A DNA stretch of 64,000 bases from the human T2T-CHM13v2.0 reference genome, Homo sapiens: assembly GCF_009914755.1 (NCBI RefSeq), contig NC_060944.1, one strand, 5' to 3'. Both the position numbers and the translations under genes were made by a program. Every line of letters starts with the position of its first letter. The stretch's first letter is position 1. The notes under the pieces were generated by a model, which worked only from the letters and a program-made list of their open reading frames with translations, ran no database searches and was not told where the DNA came from. Positions 1-14,206 of this stretch are shown here, one piece after another.

Positions 1-399
1 TTCCTTCTGCCTCCCTATCTCATCGTAGCTCCTGCCCCATCCCCCCACCACTTCTCTCCCCTTTCCTAACTGCGTGCCCTTCTCTCCTCCAGTCCAGCCC
101 AGCCCTACTGAAGAACAGCAACTTGAGCTGGTCTTTCTGTGCTCCGCTTGATTAAAATGTAGAAGGCACCTCTATCCAGAAGACTTGGCTTGGCCCTAAT
201 CACTCCCAGCCCCCTTGGCTGAGTGGCCACCCGCTGCTGGCTGCTGTCATCCCACATTGGAAGTGACGGAGGAGCAGAAGAACGAGTGGGTCACCAGCCG
301 GTCTTCAGGCTCCCGGGCCAGCATTCAGACTGGGCAGGAGGTTTGTGGGTGGAAGGTGAGTTGGGCAGCCCGTCAGCCACTCCTCAGGGCTGGACGGAA

Positions 400-590
400 A
401 TAGTGATTAGGAGCATGGGGTTTGATGTCAGATGGCCTGGGGTTGCAGCCTAACTTTGTTATTTACTATCTGTGAGTTAAGCCCTCTGGGTTTCAGTTTC
501 TCCATTTGTAAAATGGGACTGATATTGGAAGATGTCCTACTTAGAATGGCGCCTGAGCCATCGTAAGCCCTCAGTGAATCCACTGTAAGA
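400..590. mobile_element. MIR SINE fragment (one of many MIRs in the window)
   Basis: MIR core tttcagtttctccatttgtaaaatggg. Confidence 0.65.
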
Positions 591-2944
591 CTTCAGCCCC
601 CAGACTCCCACTGTTCCCTTGCCCCAGCTTCCCTGCACCTCTCCTGCCACTTCCCTCAAAGTTGCTCTCAGTCAGGCCTTGGGAGCCACAATCTGGGAAC
701 GAGGACCCTGACATCCCTCTTCACAGCTGTACCCAGCACCAAACAAGTCATCAGAGGCTCAAAACACGGAGCCCCTACCATGTGCCGGGCACGGCATGGC
801 ATGCCTGCTCTCTTTCTAATTTTGATACCACAATGATTAATTCTGTGAAAAAAGTTCTAGAAGGATATAAGGCAAAGAATTAGGTTGTGTTCCGTCCATT
901 CACTCACGGCTCTGCTCCCACGCATGGCTGCGCTATGCACACTGCCCTGCAGCTTCCTTTGTCTGCTGCACAATGGGCTCTGGACGGAGCCCTGTTGGCG
1001 CAATGAGTGAGCCCTACGTCAAGCTTCGTCATCGCTGCATCGCTTTGCACCGTGTGGCTGGGCCGCCATCAGTACAGCCAACTGCCTCTGATGGACATCT
1101 GGGCTGCAGCCAGATTCCTCCTAACAGGGCTTCAGGGAAAGTCCTCCTCAGCGCCTCTTTGTGCGCATGGCACATTTCTCTAAGGCAGGTTTCTGGACAT
1201 GAGACTGACGGGCAGCATGTGCTCCTTACATTTGGGGGTCCTGTCAATCCCCTCCTCTCCCGCAGGCTGTTCTAGACTCCAGCCCCCATGTGAGAGGATG
1301 CCTGTTGCCCTCACTCTTCCATCCTGGCAGTCCCCAGCCTCCTTGCCTCTCTTGTTTTCTTGTTCCGATCAGTTCCAGGTGGCCAGAGGGTCGAGACTCA
1401 TCTCACAGCCGTGCAATAGATGCGTGTCTCTCAGTCGGTCAGCTCTGGCTGGGATCAGTGTTTATCTTCATGTCGGTGGACACCATCACAGGCACCCGCA
1501 AGAATCAGCGATCGACGGGGAAGAGGTTTGGGTGCATGGAGGAGTGCTTTGCAGTGAGGGCTTTGGAGCCTTGTGCCCTGATTCAAATCCTGGCTGTGTC
1601 CCCTGCCGGTTGTGTGACTTCGGATAAATTACTTGATGTCTCTGAGCATAAGCTGGGTCATCAGAAAAGCCAAGCTAGTAAGAGCACGTAGCTCAGAAGG
1701 CTGCTGTAAAGTTCAGATGAGTTGATATATGCTCAGTGCTGGAAAGGGTGCTGGGCACATTAGCTGTTGGTATTATTTGGGCACCTCCAGCCCAAATAAT
1801 AATAAAGAGACTAGGAGGGATGTTGGGAGATATCAGATGTTGCTCATTGGAGGCTGTACTGAGTGTGCAGAGAGCTTCAGGGAACCTGGCGCTTTGAGAG
1901 GTAAAGGAACGTGCCAACTGGAACTAGAAACCCACTGCCGCCTGCAGCTCTCTGGGCTGTTTCTCCACATGCACGGTGGGGTTGTTCGGGTCCCACTGGG
2001 GAGGGTGGCTGGTATGAGGGTGGCCTGGCCTGGATGTGAAGTGGGATTTCCAAGGCTGGCACTCAGTCCAGAGCACGAGCCTTGATGAGGAACAGATGCA
2101 CTCACAGTCTGGGGTCGCCGCCCTCCCCTCCTCCACAGCCCAGGGTTGGGGTGGCGATAGCTTCCAGATGGGCTTGGCTCTTAGTGGGGCCTTAAATGAC
2201 TCCCTCTGAGTCCCTGAGAGGTGGGACTTAGGGCCTCTTCCTTGGTTCTCAACCCCCCTGGCCCTGGGGGATACCTGTGGTAGCTGGGTTCAGACCAGGT
2301 GACCTTGGGAATGCCAGCCCTGCTCCGAGCCTCAGTTTCCCCATCTGAGAAACAGGCATTCTCCATCAAGCTGGCTTGGCAGAGCCACTGTGTCCTGTGA
2401 TAGCTAAAGAGAAACATGAAGGAGGACCAGGAACCCCCAGGAAAGTAGGGTTTCTTTGGTTTTATTTTCTTTTTGTATTTACTTTCTGAATGTATAGTAC
2501 ATATCCATAGCATAAAATTTCAAAGGTACAAAAGGGGTCATAGGTAACAGTAAGCCTGTCTCCCACCCCTGCCCTCCAGACACCCAGACCCCTCTTCCCC
2601 GAGGCAAAAACCCTGTCACCAATTTCTTGAGAATCTGCCCAGAGATACGGTATGCACACACAGGAATTTTTTACCCAGTGATGACAAACTTCACACACAC
2701 TATTTCACACTGTCCTTTTGTTACTTTAACAATACCCTTTAGAGATCTTCCTATGTCACTCCATAAAGTGCTTCTTTTTTTTTTTTGGATGCTTGGCGAA
2801 GATGGTTTCAGAATATTACACAACTTTCAACTGACCAATCAGGATGGGCCCGAGCAGCGCACAACCCTACGGTAGTATATGGCTGCTAGCTGGATGCCAG
2901 CTCTGTGTCTTTATGGTTCACCATTGCATAGATGGGCCAATTGC

Positions 2945-3110
2945 AGGGATGGGTAATTTATAAAGGAAAGAGTTTTAATTGACTCACAGCTCCTTGTAAC
3001 TGGGGAGGCCTCAGGAAACCTACAATCATGGCAGAAGGGGAAGCAGGCACATCTTACATGGCAGCAGGCGAGAGAGTGTGTGAAGAAGCAAAGGGGGAAG
3101 AGCCCCTTAA
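2945..3110 (+). mobile_element. MaLR LTR fragment (MST/THE1-like)
   Basis: gggtaatttataaaggaaagagttttaattgactcacag...gaagcaggcacatcttacatggcagcagg is characteristic of MST/THE1. Confidence 0.8.
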
Positions 3111-3269
3111 CCAGTCTTCAAGAGATGAGCAGGGGCTGTTTCCAACATTTTGCTCTTTAAAGGAAGGTTGCAATACATACCCATTTTGTACATTTGTAGG
3201 AGAATATATGTAGAATAACTTTCTAGAAGTGAAATTGCATTTTACATCCATATGTTTAAAAAAATATCA

Positions 3270-3989
3270 ATTTCCACCCCCTGCCATATACAAGAATTAA
3301 CTTGAAATCTACCATAAATCTAAACGTAAAACTTAAAACTGTAAAACTTCCAGACAGCAACATGGAAGGGAAATCTTTGTGACCTTGAGTTAGGCAAAGA
3401 TTTTTTTAGGTACTACACAAAAAGCATAAACCATAAAAGAAAAAAAGATAAATTTGACTTAATCAAAATTCAAAACTTCTGCTCTTCAAATGATGCTATC
3501 AAGAAAATGAAAAGACAAGCCACAGATTAGGTGAAGATATTTGCAAAAGTCATATCTGATAAAAGACCTATATCCAGAATATATATTGAGTGCTTTCACA
3601 ACTCAATAATAAGAACAAATAATCCAATAACAAATGAGAAAAAGGTTTAAAAAGACATTTCACCCAAAAACAGATATTGATGGCAAAAACACACATGAAA
3701 AGATACTCAATGTTATCAGTCATCAGGGAAACATATATTAAAACCACAACGGGCTACCACTACATACCTGTTAGAAGACTAACATGAAAAATAACTGATA
3801 ATACCTGGAGAGGGTATCTAACAACTGGAACTTAGAAAAACAGTTTGGTAATTTCTTATAAAATGACCCAGCTGTCCTACTCTTAGGTACAAAGAGTAAT
3901 GCAAGAGAAGTTTGTGTTTTAAAAAGAAAAACTGTATGCAAATATTTACAGCAGCTTTTCTCATAATCACCAAAAACTGGAAATAACTG
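3270..3989 (+). mobile_element. Old L1 (L1M) 3' ORF2 fragment
   Basis: A-rich, with L1 motifs gagttaggcaaagattt, aatgaaaagacaagccacaga and catcagggaaa. Confidence 0.8.
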
Positions 3990-4351
3990 CTGTATGAGTC
4001 TAGTCTCACACAGCTATAAAGAGACTACTCGAGATGGGCTAATTTATAAAGTAAAGAGGTTTAATTGACTCATAGTTCTGCATGGCTGGGGAGGCATCAA
4101 GAAGCTTACAATCATGGCAGAAGGGGGAAGCAGGGGAAGCAGGCACGTCTTACATGGCAGCAGGTGAGAGAGCGTGTGAAGGAGGTGAAGGGGAAAGAGT
4201 CCCTTTTAAAACCATCAGATCTTGTGAGAACTCACTCACTATCTTGAGAATAGCATGGAGGAAACTGCCTCCATGATCCAATCACCTCCCGCCAGGTTCC
4301 ACCCTTGACATGTGGGAATTATGGGGATTACAATTTGAGATGAGATTTGGG
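3990..4351 (+). mobile_element. MaLR LTR (MST/THE1-like), 3' end truncated
   Basis: tgtatgagtc...aatttataaagtaaagaggtttaattgactcatagttc...gagaactcactcactatc...gagatgagatttgggtg. Confidence 0.88.
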
Positions 4352-4462
4352 TGAGGCAGGAGGATCACTTGAACCCAGGAGGCAGAGGTTGCAGTGAGCT
4401 GAGATCGTGCCACTACTCTGCAGCCTGCAGACAGAGTGAGACTGTCTCAAAAGAAAAAAAAA
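4352..4462 (+). mobile_element. Alu right-arm fragment fused to the LTR
   Basis: gaggcaggaggatcacttgaacccaggaggcagaggttgcagtgagc...A tail. Confidence 0.85.
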
Positions 4463-4469
4463 GAGGTAA

Positions 4470-4800
4470 ACAGGTAAAGAAAATAATTTTAGATCATGAT
4501 AAGAGTTAGGAAGAAAACATTTTCAAGGCACTAAATAGAGAATGATTTGGAGGGGGTACGATATTTAAAGAAGGTTATCAGGGAAAGCCTCTCTGAAGAG
4601 GTAACATTTGAACTGAGATGTAGAGGGAGAGAAGGAACTAGCCATGTGGAGATCTGGGGGAGGAGCATTCCAGGCAGAGGGGATAGCAAGTGCAAGGGCC
4701 CTGAGGCCAGAATGAGTTTGGTGTTTTTAATGAAAGAAAAAGGCCAGTGGGTGGGGCAAGGAGGAGAGGGCAGGAGGTAAGGTCAGAGAAGGAATGGGGA
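4470..4800 (-). mobile_element. L2 fragment
   Basis: ggaaagcctctctgaagaggtaacatttgaactgaga...ccaggcagaggggatagcaagtgcaagggccctgagg. Confidence 0.7.
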
Positions 4801-5658
4801 AAGTCTAGCTTGCACCAGCCCTGACATGGGACGAGACACCCTCTATGCCCTCGGTCCTGGCGGCTCCTGCTTCCTCCTTTGTGTCCACCCAACATGATGG
4901 GTGGGCTTGGCCATCCGCAGACCCCTCTTGATGCCCCAGTACCTTCCCTGCCCCGCCCGACAGTGAGGTCCAGCCTCCTGAACAGCTCCTCTTGCTTGTC
5001 ATTGGATTAATGGGCAGGAATTGCTTCTGCTTTTTCAAAGCCATTGCCCCCTACCACAGTCCCCTAAGATCATGAAGGTGCGAGCAATCATACTTGAACT
5101 GTTGGATGATGAATGCATCACTGTTGATGTGGAGGAGGCTCCCCAGTGTGAGGACTCAGAGCAGGGTCTCGGCCTCTCACAGACCTGGCTGTGTGCTTGG
5201 CTCCACCTCCTACGACCTAGGGCCCTGAGCCTCAGTTGCCTCACCTGTAAAATGCGGCAAACAAGCAAGCAACAAGATGCTCAACCTCAGTAGTAGTCGG
5301 AGAAACAAGAGCTAAATAGCAGTGAGGCACACCCTTTACCTCCATTCCCTGGATTAGCAAATAGTAGAGTCAGGAACTTCCAAGTATTCATGAGGGTGTG
5401 GGCGATGGGAATTCCATGTTCTGCTGCTGGGTGTTTGGACTGGTTTAGTACCTAAGAGCCTAAGAAAGAGTATATCTGATGACCCAGGCATTTTCCTCTT
5501 GAGTGTATACCCCAGAGAAATTCTCCTGCAGCTCCAGAAGGAGCCCATTCGAGGTCATGGGTCACTGTGATGGTGTTTGAGGATGTGAGCAGTAGGTGAG
5601 AATCCATGTAGATGCCAGGAAAAGCAAACTGCAGGGGCCTCTAAAAAATACCAGATAA

Positions 5659-6471
<813 letters not shown>

Positions 6472-7002
6472 TAAAAGGATTCACACACATTCAAGCCCAG
6501 AGAACAGACTCACAGGAGCAGATGCCTGGGGGGAGGGGGAGGGGAAAGGGCAGAAGAGCATCAAGAGCGAAATCCAATTCAATCCAACTGTGCAACAGAC
6601 AGTTTGCAGAATTGATGAGGATGTTTAACCCAGGTCTTGGCACCCTAAGTCCAAGTAAAAAAATAAATACGATACAGCAGGTAAAATGGGGGATGATGGA
6701 AGGGTGGCGATAGTAGTGCCTTTCTCATGGGGAACCCTCGAGGCTCCGATGAGCGAAACCATGCAGAGTGCTCAGCCAGGTGCCTGGCACGCAGCAAGGT
6801 GTCCGGTGCACAGCAGGGCCGCCCAGCTGTGAGCGGTGTGCGTATTCTCTCCAGCCTTGAATTCAGGCCTGGCTCCTTCTGCTTCCTGGTCAGTGCCGCT
6901 CTCTTGTGGCCCATACAGTGACAGGACTTAGACTGAATAGAGATCCGCCATGGTCCAAGGTATCTGATGGCGCTTCGGAGGAGGGAAGGGAGGGAGTCAC
7001 AT

Positions 7003-7062
7003 GGGGGAGATAGGATCACCAGAGGCAGATGGGATCACAGGAGGGAGATGGGGTCACAGGAG
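7003..7062. repeat. Short degenerate ~19-bp tandem repeat (gagggagatgggatcacag, ~3 copies)
   Basis: Read directly from the sequence. Confidence 0.6.
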
Positions 7063-8298
7063 GAAGAGTGACTTCCGATTGGGGAAGAGATGGCGGATCA
7101 GATAAGGCCTCCTGGAGAAGGAATGTCTAGGCTGAAGGACAGATTCGACTGGGGGTCAAGGGGATTGATGAGCAAATGAAAGAATGAATGGAGTTAGAAT
7201 ATTGAGCATGAGCATTACTTAGCCCTACTGTGTGCCAAGGCTTTACATGCCTCATATCATTTCGTCCTCTACCACCCCTGGGAAGGCGACTTATTGCTTC
7301 TGTCTCCTTTGCAGCTGCAAAAAGGGAGGCTCAGTGGGTTAGCGACTCATCCAAAGTCAAGTCGCCAGCTGCACATAGAGCTCTGATACACACCCAGGTC
7401 GTGTGACTTGCTGGGGGACTCTATCTTCTCCACTTTGGGGTGGACTGAGGGACCCCAGTGAGCATAGGTACAGACCACCCCTGAGTCTGTCTGGACCATG
7501 TGTTAGCAGAAGTTTAATACTACACCTGCGCAGCAGGTGGAGATGGGTGGGACCTGTGTGGACGAGAGGAAGTGGATCTTGGGACAGCTACAGCATGCAG
7601 CGGCTCACCCCAGGGCTGGACCCTCACTCTTTGGCAGGCAGCTGGGGCACCACACCCAGGGGTTAAATGTGGAGACTCACTTCTTAAGCTAAAGGATGTG
7701 TCTGTCTTCAAGGCACTCTCCGAAAAATGCCTCATTTTGGAATTTATGTCAAAGCCATTTAAATCCTTATTAAGAGTATTTAAAGATCAGTTTTCAAAAT
7801 GTCTCCTAAGTATTTCATTTTTGTTTTTCTCGACTTGGTAGTATATTCCCATGGCTAAAAATTCAAAAGGGACCAAAGATAAAGGTAAGCCTCCTCTCTT
7901 TCCATCCACTCTAACCTCTCCCCACCCAGAGCCATCACTGTTACTGGTTTCTAGAGTGTTTTGTCACCTGTAGGTTTTGTGCATTCATGAATCGTACACA
8001 CGTGTATTTTCCCTCCTTCCCGTCCCCCCGCGTGGGGGCTTACTATGCGCGCTGTTCTGCAACTTGCTTTTTTCACTTGGCAATTTGTCTCAGGGACTGC
8101 CCCGTCATTGTGTCAAATCCTTCCTCGTGGTGCTTCTCGGCCATGCGGTGTTGCACTGAGTGCTGTGACATTGTATCGCAATGCCTGTCCTCTAGATATT
8201 TAGGATGTTTCCAGCATTTTGTGATCATACACAGGACTGCAGGGAACAGCTGTGTAAGCAGGTACACTTGTTCTGCAGCATGTGGGCCAGGCTAATTG

Positions 8299-8602
8299 TT
8301 ATTTATTTATTTATTTTTGAGACAGAATCTCACTCTTTCGCCTAGGCGGGAGTGCAGTGGCGCTATCTCAGCTCACTGCAAGCTCTGCCTCCCAGGTTCA
8401 CGCCATTCTCCTGCGTCAGCCTTCTGAGTAGCTGGGACTACAGGTGCCCGCCACCGCGCCCGGCTAATTTTTTTGTATTTTTTTAATAAAGACGGGGTTT
8501 CACCATGTTAGCCAGGATGGTCTCGATCTCCTGACCTCGTGATCCGCCTGCCTCGGCCTCCCAAAGTGCTGGGATTACAGGCGTGAGCCACTGCGCCTGG
8601 CC
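8299..8602 (-). mobile_element. AluY-like
   Basis: gcaagctc...cgccattctc...aggatggtctcgatctc; perfect 16-bp TSD tgggccaggctaattg (8283-8298 and 8604-8619). Confidence 0.95.
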
Positions 8603-9382
8603 CTGGGCCAGGCTAATTGGAGGATGAATCCCTAGAGATGGATTGCTGGGTCAGGGGACATGTGCGCTGTGATTTGAATAGATGTCAACTCACCTTCTGT
8701 AGAGGCTGGGTCAAGTCACCCTCTCCTGAGGAAGGTAGGGGAGGGTGGCGGCTTACCCCCACCCAGCCCAGGCCCTGTGGTTTCATTTTCTTTTTTTTTT
8801 CTTTTTTATGGCTCTTAGCCAATCAGATAGGTGGAAAATGGTAGCTCTGTGTGGCTTTATTGTCATCTAATTTGAGTAAGGGTGTTTGGAGTTCCTTTTC
8901 TGGATGAGGCATTTTTGCCACACGGGGACAGCGCTGAGCCGACGACACGGCAGTGCCGCTCTGGACACGCTGATTCTCCCTGAGGCTCATCTTCTCAGGC
9001 TGAGTGGGACTGTGCCTGTGGATGCCCGCTCATGGAGTAGTCGCCTGGTGGAGGGCAAGGGTTTTGAGTTCCCATTCCACTACTTACTTTCTGAGCCTCG
9101 GATTCCCCCTCTGTAAAAAGTGGAAAGAATAATAGAACCCACTTCAGATGGCTCTGAGGAGGATGAATTTAAGTTTTTAATGTGAAATGCTTGGCACAGT
9201 TCCTGGCTCAGAGTTAGTGCTTAGGAAATGTTTGTTGAATGAAGAAATGAAAGAGATATAATCATCTTAAAAACTGTATTGAGTACTTATTATGAAGCCT
9301 TTCTCATGTATTCACGTATTTTAACTTCACAGTGACACCAAGAGGGGTACTTTTATTATCCCCCTTTAAAGACAAGAAAACT

Positions 9383-9814
<432 letters not shown>

Positions 9815-9839
9815 CTAGGAGAGAGGTGCCACCATAAAC

Positions 9840-10140
9840 CCCATTCCAGCTGTCCATTGCATGAAACAACCTCCTCAACCTCAGAGGCATAAACAAACAA
9901 CCATTTTATCATGTTCCTGGGTTCTGTGGATCAGGAGTTCAGGCAGGATAAGGTGGACAGCTTCTCTCTGCTGGGCCTTCGATGGGAGGACTCTGTGGCT
10001 GGGAGGGTTCTGCAGTGGGGGGTAAGGAGGGGCAGCGGGTAAAACAGCAAGGACTAGAAGACCCACTTGCGAGAAGGCTTCTTCAGCTACAAGTCTGGCT
10101 GGAGGATCCATTCCACCTTGTGGATGGTAGGTTGGCTATG
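9840..10140. mobile_element. MLT1-like MaLR LTR fragment
   Basis: aaacaaccattttatcatgttcctgggttctgtggatcaggagttcaggcagg. Confidence 0.55.
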
Positions 10141-10915
10141 GCTATGGGTGAGGGTGGGAGTCATGGGGGGCTGAGTGGGAGCCATCAGACCCCAGGGCTG
10201 AGTCCACATGTTCCAGGATCTGACAGCTTAGGAGGCTTAGCAATTCCAGGGCTGGCGCCCCCATGAATAGCTTCTCCAGGATTTTGCAAGTGCTGTTTCC
10301 TCCCCCTCCCCACCCATCTCATTAACACCTCGCACTCTTTAATTCTCAGCTTGGCTATCTGGTCCTGGAGGAGGAGCTCCCTAACCCCTGTATGCCTTAG
10401 ACAGGATATGCTAGATCCTGTCCTCATGGAAGGTCTTATCACATTGTTGGAATTGACTGTCTGCAGACTGAACGCTTGGAGGACAAGGCAGGGTCTTTAT
10501 CACCAGCACCCAGGACAGTACCAGGCACACAGTAGGCACTTTATGCATATTCACGGAATGAATGAATGGGTGAGACTGATGGATTTTGAATGACTTGAAC
10601 TTGAGCCTCAGTTTTTCCTCCTAGAAGTTAGCTGGCAACGTAGCTGTGAAGGTGGCAGGAGATAGGTGGGAAATGCGAGGTTAGTAAGAGGAATTGGTAG
10701 AAAAATGGTAGTTATGATTTATGCTGAAGAGAGAAAAGCAAAGGAAATTAGATATTGCACCTGAAATGCTTAGCTATGTTTGGTGCAGAATAGGTGCTCC
10801 ATAAATATAAGATGACGTCATCATCCTCATCCTCATCATTACTATTATTTGTATTATAAGAATGCACATTTCCTGAGTTAGAAGGTCCACATACGATGGC
10901 TTGAAATTTTCCTCT

Positions 10916-11225
10916 GGGCTGGGTGCGGTCGCTCACACCTGTCATCCCAGTACTTTGGGAGACTGAGGCAGGAGGATCGCTTGAGCCCAGGAGTTCAAGA
11001 CCAGTCTGGGCAACATAGCAAGACTCTTTCTCTACAGATAATTTTAAACATAGCTGGGTATTGTGGTGTGCATCTGTAGTCCCAGTTACTTGGGAGGCTG
11101 AGGTGGGAGGATCAACTGATCCCTGCAGGTCGAGGCTGCAGTGAGCCGGGATCATGTCACCGACCTCCAGTCTGGGCGATAGAGCTATTACCCATCTTAA
11201 AAAACAAACAAACAAAGACAGAAAA
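10916..11225 (+). mobile_element. AluJ-like
   Basis: ggaggatcgcttgagcccaggagttc; gaaattttc TSD. Confidence 0.92.
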
Positions 11226-12254
11226 AAGAAATTTTCTTCCAAGCGAAAATGGAGAGGTGTAATCCCCATAGGTCACCTGGGCCAGATGTCTGGGCAGGAG
11301 GTCATGCTCTGAGTCAGATTTCCCTTCTGTGCAAGGAAGGACCTGGGACAGGGACCTCTGAGTCTGACACTCTCTGCACAGCTGAGAAGGCCATTCAGCT
11401 GAAGTCCCCATTGCAACTGTTGTCCTTCAGCCTGAGGCAGTCAGTCCTTCGGTCTGAGGCAGCCTGTCCCTTGCCCTCGGCTACCCTCCACCCTGCTCCA
11501 GTCCTGCTAGGAGAGAACCGCAACACGACCCCGTTTCAGAAATGCGCTCCTTGACAAGCCTGGCTGCGACCTGTTCCTGGTTGACTGCCGCCATCCGGTG
11601 GCAGCATGTGGGAATGACATGCAGGGCTGTGGTGAGGATGAGGATGGAGTGAGCGGGTGGGGGGAACTGCAGAGAGGGCCCTAGTGTGGCCCAGTTGGAA
11701 GCGGTGACAGGAAGAACCCACCAGGGATTCCTCAGCTCTGGCCAAGGGGTTGTTCTCTCCCTCTGGCATAGCATCCAGAAGGCCAATAGCAGCGGAACCT
11801 CCCCCTGGGCTCTGCCCAGACTGCCTCTCTTTGGCTGTGTGACCTCACCCTGTTTCTGAGCTTCTCTGTGAACTTCTCCAAGCTTGGCTTGTAAGAAGGG
11901 AGTGGGCGATGCCCACCTGACAGCAGAGTCTCCTTCCCAGAGAGGCCCCTCAATCCTCCAGAGAATGTGGGAGAGGCTGGGATTTGAAAGGATTGGAGCT
12001 GGGGGCAGGGAACGTCTGAGATGGAAAGGTTATAGGAGGGGCTTAGGCCCTGAAGAAATTTCATCCTGTAATTTGAAAATATTAAAAAACCACCACAGCC
12101 CCCAGCTGAGGACAGAGGACCAGGCCCCCCAAGAAGAAAGAACATGGCCAGGGAATTGCAGTACTGGAAACTTCTACCCTTATGTTGGTCTTTTAGAATT
12201 GTGAAAATTAGAACGTTCAGCATCCTAAAACTGGAATCTTAACAGAAAACACTA

Positions 12255-12661
<407 letters not shown>

Positions 12662-13437
12662 CTAAACTCTGTAGAATCAGATCATTGAGCCTTGAGGTCA
12701 GAATCAGAATTGCAGCTGCAAATCTAGACTCAGCCCTCTGAGCTGGAAGTCATCTGAGAGCCACCTCTCCCCTCAGCTTGTCCTGGAAAGAATGTTTGCT
12801 CTCACTGCCTGCTCCTAAACTTGTTTGCAATGAATAGATCTGGGGGAGGGCCCCAAAACCTGAATTTCTAAAAGGCTCCCCAGGGGATTCTGTTGTTGGG
12901 TCTTCCAGATTTCGGCAATAGATTTAATTTAGCCAGGCTTCCTCTTCATCACATTCATCACATGGGAAAACTGAGGCCCCGGAAGGGGAAGTGACTTGAC
13001 CTGGACCCCATCAGATAGCTGGTGACAGGCTGGAGCTCCCACCTGTGCCTCCCAATGCCAAGGCCACTCTCACCAGCAGCCCAGGGTGTTTAGATGGCCC
13101 CGTGGGACTGTCAACCTCCTAGGTACCCCTGGTCCCTGAGACATCTGGTTCGTGAAACTGCGAGGTTCTGGGGATCGAGGTGTCACCCTCTTCTGCCTCT
13201 GGCTGAGTCTGCTTCTTGAGAGTAGCCTGGAGGGGCTGAGGGCCCCTCCTCTTTTATCAGCTCCCCCCAAGCTGAAACCCCACCCCAATCCCCAATACAC
13301 TCTGACCCCTCTCAGCCCCAAGCATTCCTGTGAAAACCACTCCACATGTTTTAAATTCTGCTACTCCAAACTCAGCAGTATCATGGTTTTGCAACACCCT
13401 CTTGATGCTCAAGAAGCATTTACAAGTTTCTTTTCCC

Positions 13438-13443
13438 TTTATT
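13438..13443 (-). terminator. Polyadenylation signal AATAAA
   Basis: Plus-strand tttatt at 13438-13443, preceded in the mRNA by a U-rich tract (UUUUUUUUAAAACUUUCUU). Confidence 0.8.
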
Positions 13444-14032
13444 AAGAAAGTTTTAAAAAAAAGTTAGGGTCTTGAAACAATAACAACGGAGCATTTCAGA
13501 GGCACAAACGTTTGCAGAAGAGAAGCTGGTGGCCTGGCCAGGCGGAGGAGGGGGCTCTAGCTGTTCTCGGGGAGGTGAGAGCAGGGAAGTCAGAGAGAGG
13601 GTGGGCCTGCTGGGAGGGGGGGGTTCAGGCCAGGGCTCCCCAGCTGCCAGGTGGAGGGCAGGTCTGAGGGTGGGTGCTCTCTTGGGGTCGGGAATGTAAT
13701 ATTTCATCACCTAGAGCCTCTCCCCCAGCCTGCTGACCATCTTCCTTCCCCAGGCCACCCCTGGGCCCCTTGGAGCTCCGACTCTTGCTTCTCCTGCCCA
13801 TTCCTGTCCCAGTCACGGAGCCCTACGTGTTCAGGCCAACCAGTCACGGCAAATACAAATCCCGTTTCTGAGGATTCCGGGGAGCAGAGCAGGAAGGGGG
13901 TGTTATGATGGCAGAAGGATAGGCAGTGAGGACAGACTTGCTTCCAAGCTGGGTCTGACCTGGAGACTCCTCCCAGCGTCGTTCCTGCCTAGGGCGAGGG
14001 GCGTCACAGCGAAGCACAGATGCTCAAGTCAC

Positions 14033-14206
14033 TGGTGGTGGGTGTGGGCGAGTGTGGTGGTGGGTGTGGGGGAGTGTGGTGGTGGGTGTGGGGCAGTGTG
14101 GTGGTGGGTGTGGGCGAGTGCGGTGATGGGTGTGGGCAAGTGTGGGGGTGGGTGTCAGCGTGTGGGGGTGGGTGTCAGCGAGTGTGGTGGTGGGTGTGGA
14201 CGAGTG
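14033..14206. repeat. 22-bp minisatellite (tggtggtgggtgtgggcgagtg, ~8 copies) in the RSPO4 3'UTR
   Basis: Read directly from the sequence. Confidence 0.9.

Noticed and set aside
5021-5293. Protein-looking stretch IMKVRAIILELLDDECITVDVEE after an acceptor-like cag
   Set aside because: No recognisable family or partner exons, and it runs into a MIR; a tblastn hit would be needed to revive it
8920-8936. REST/NRSE-like ggacagcgc
   Set aside because: Only the right half-site; no TCAGCACC left half
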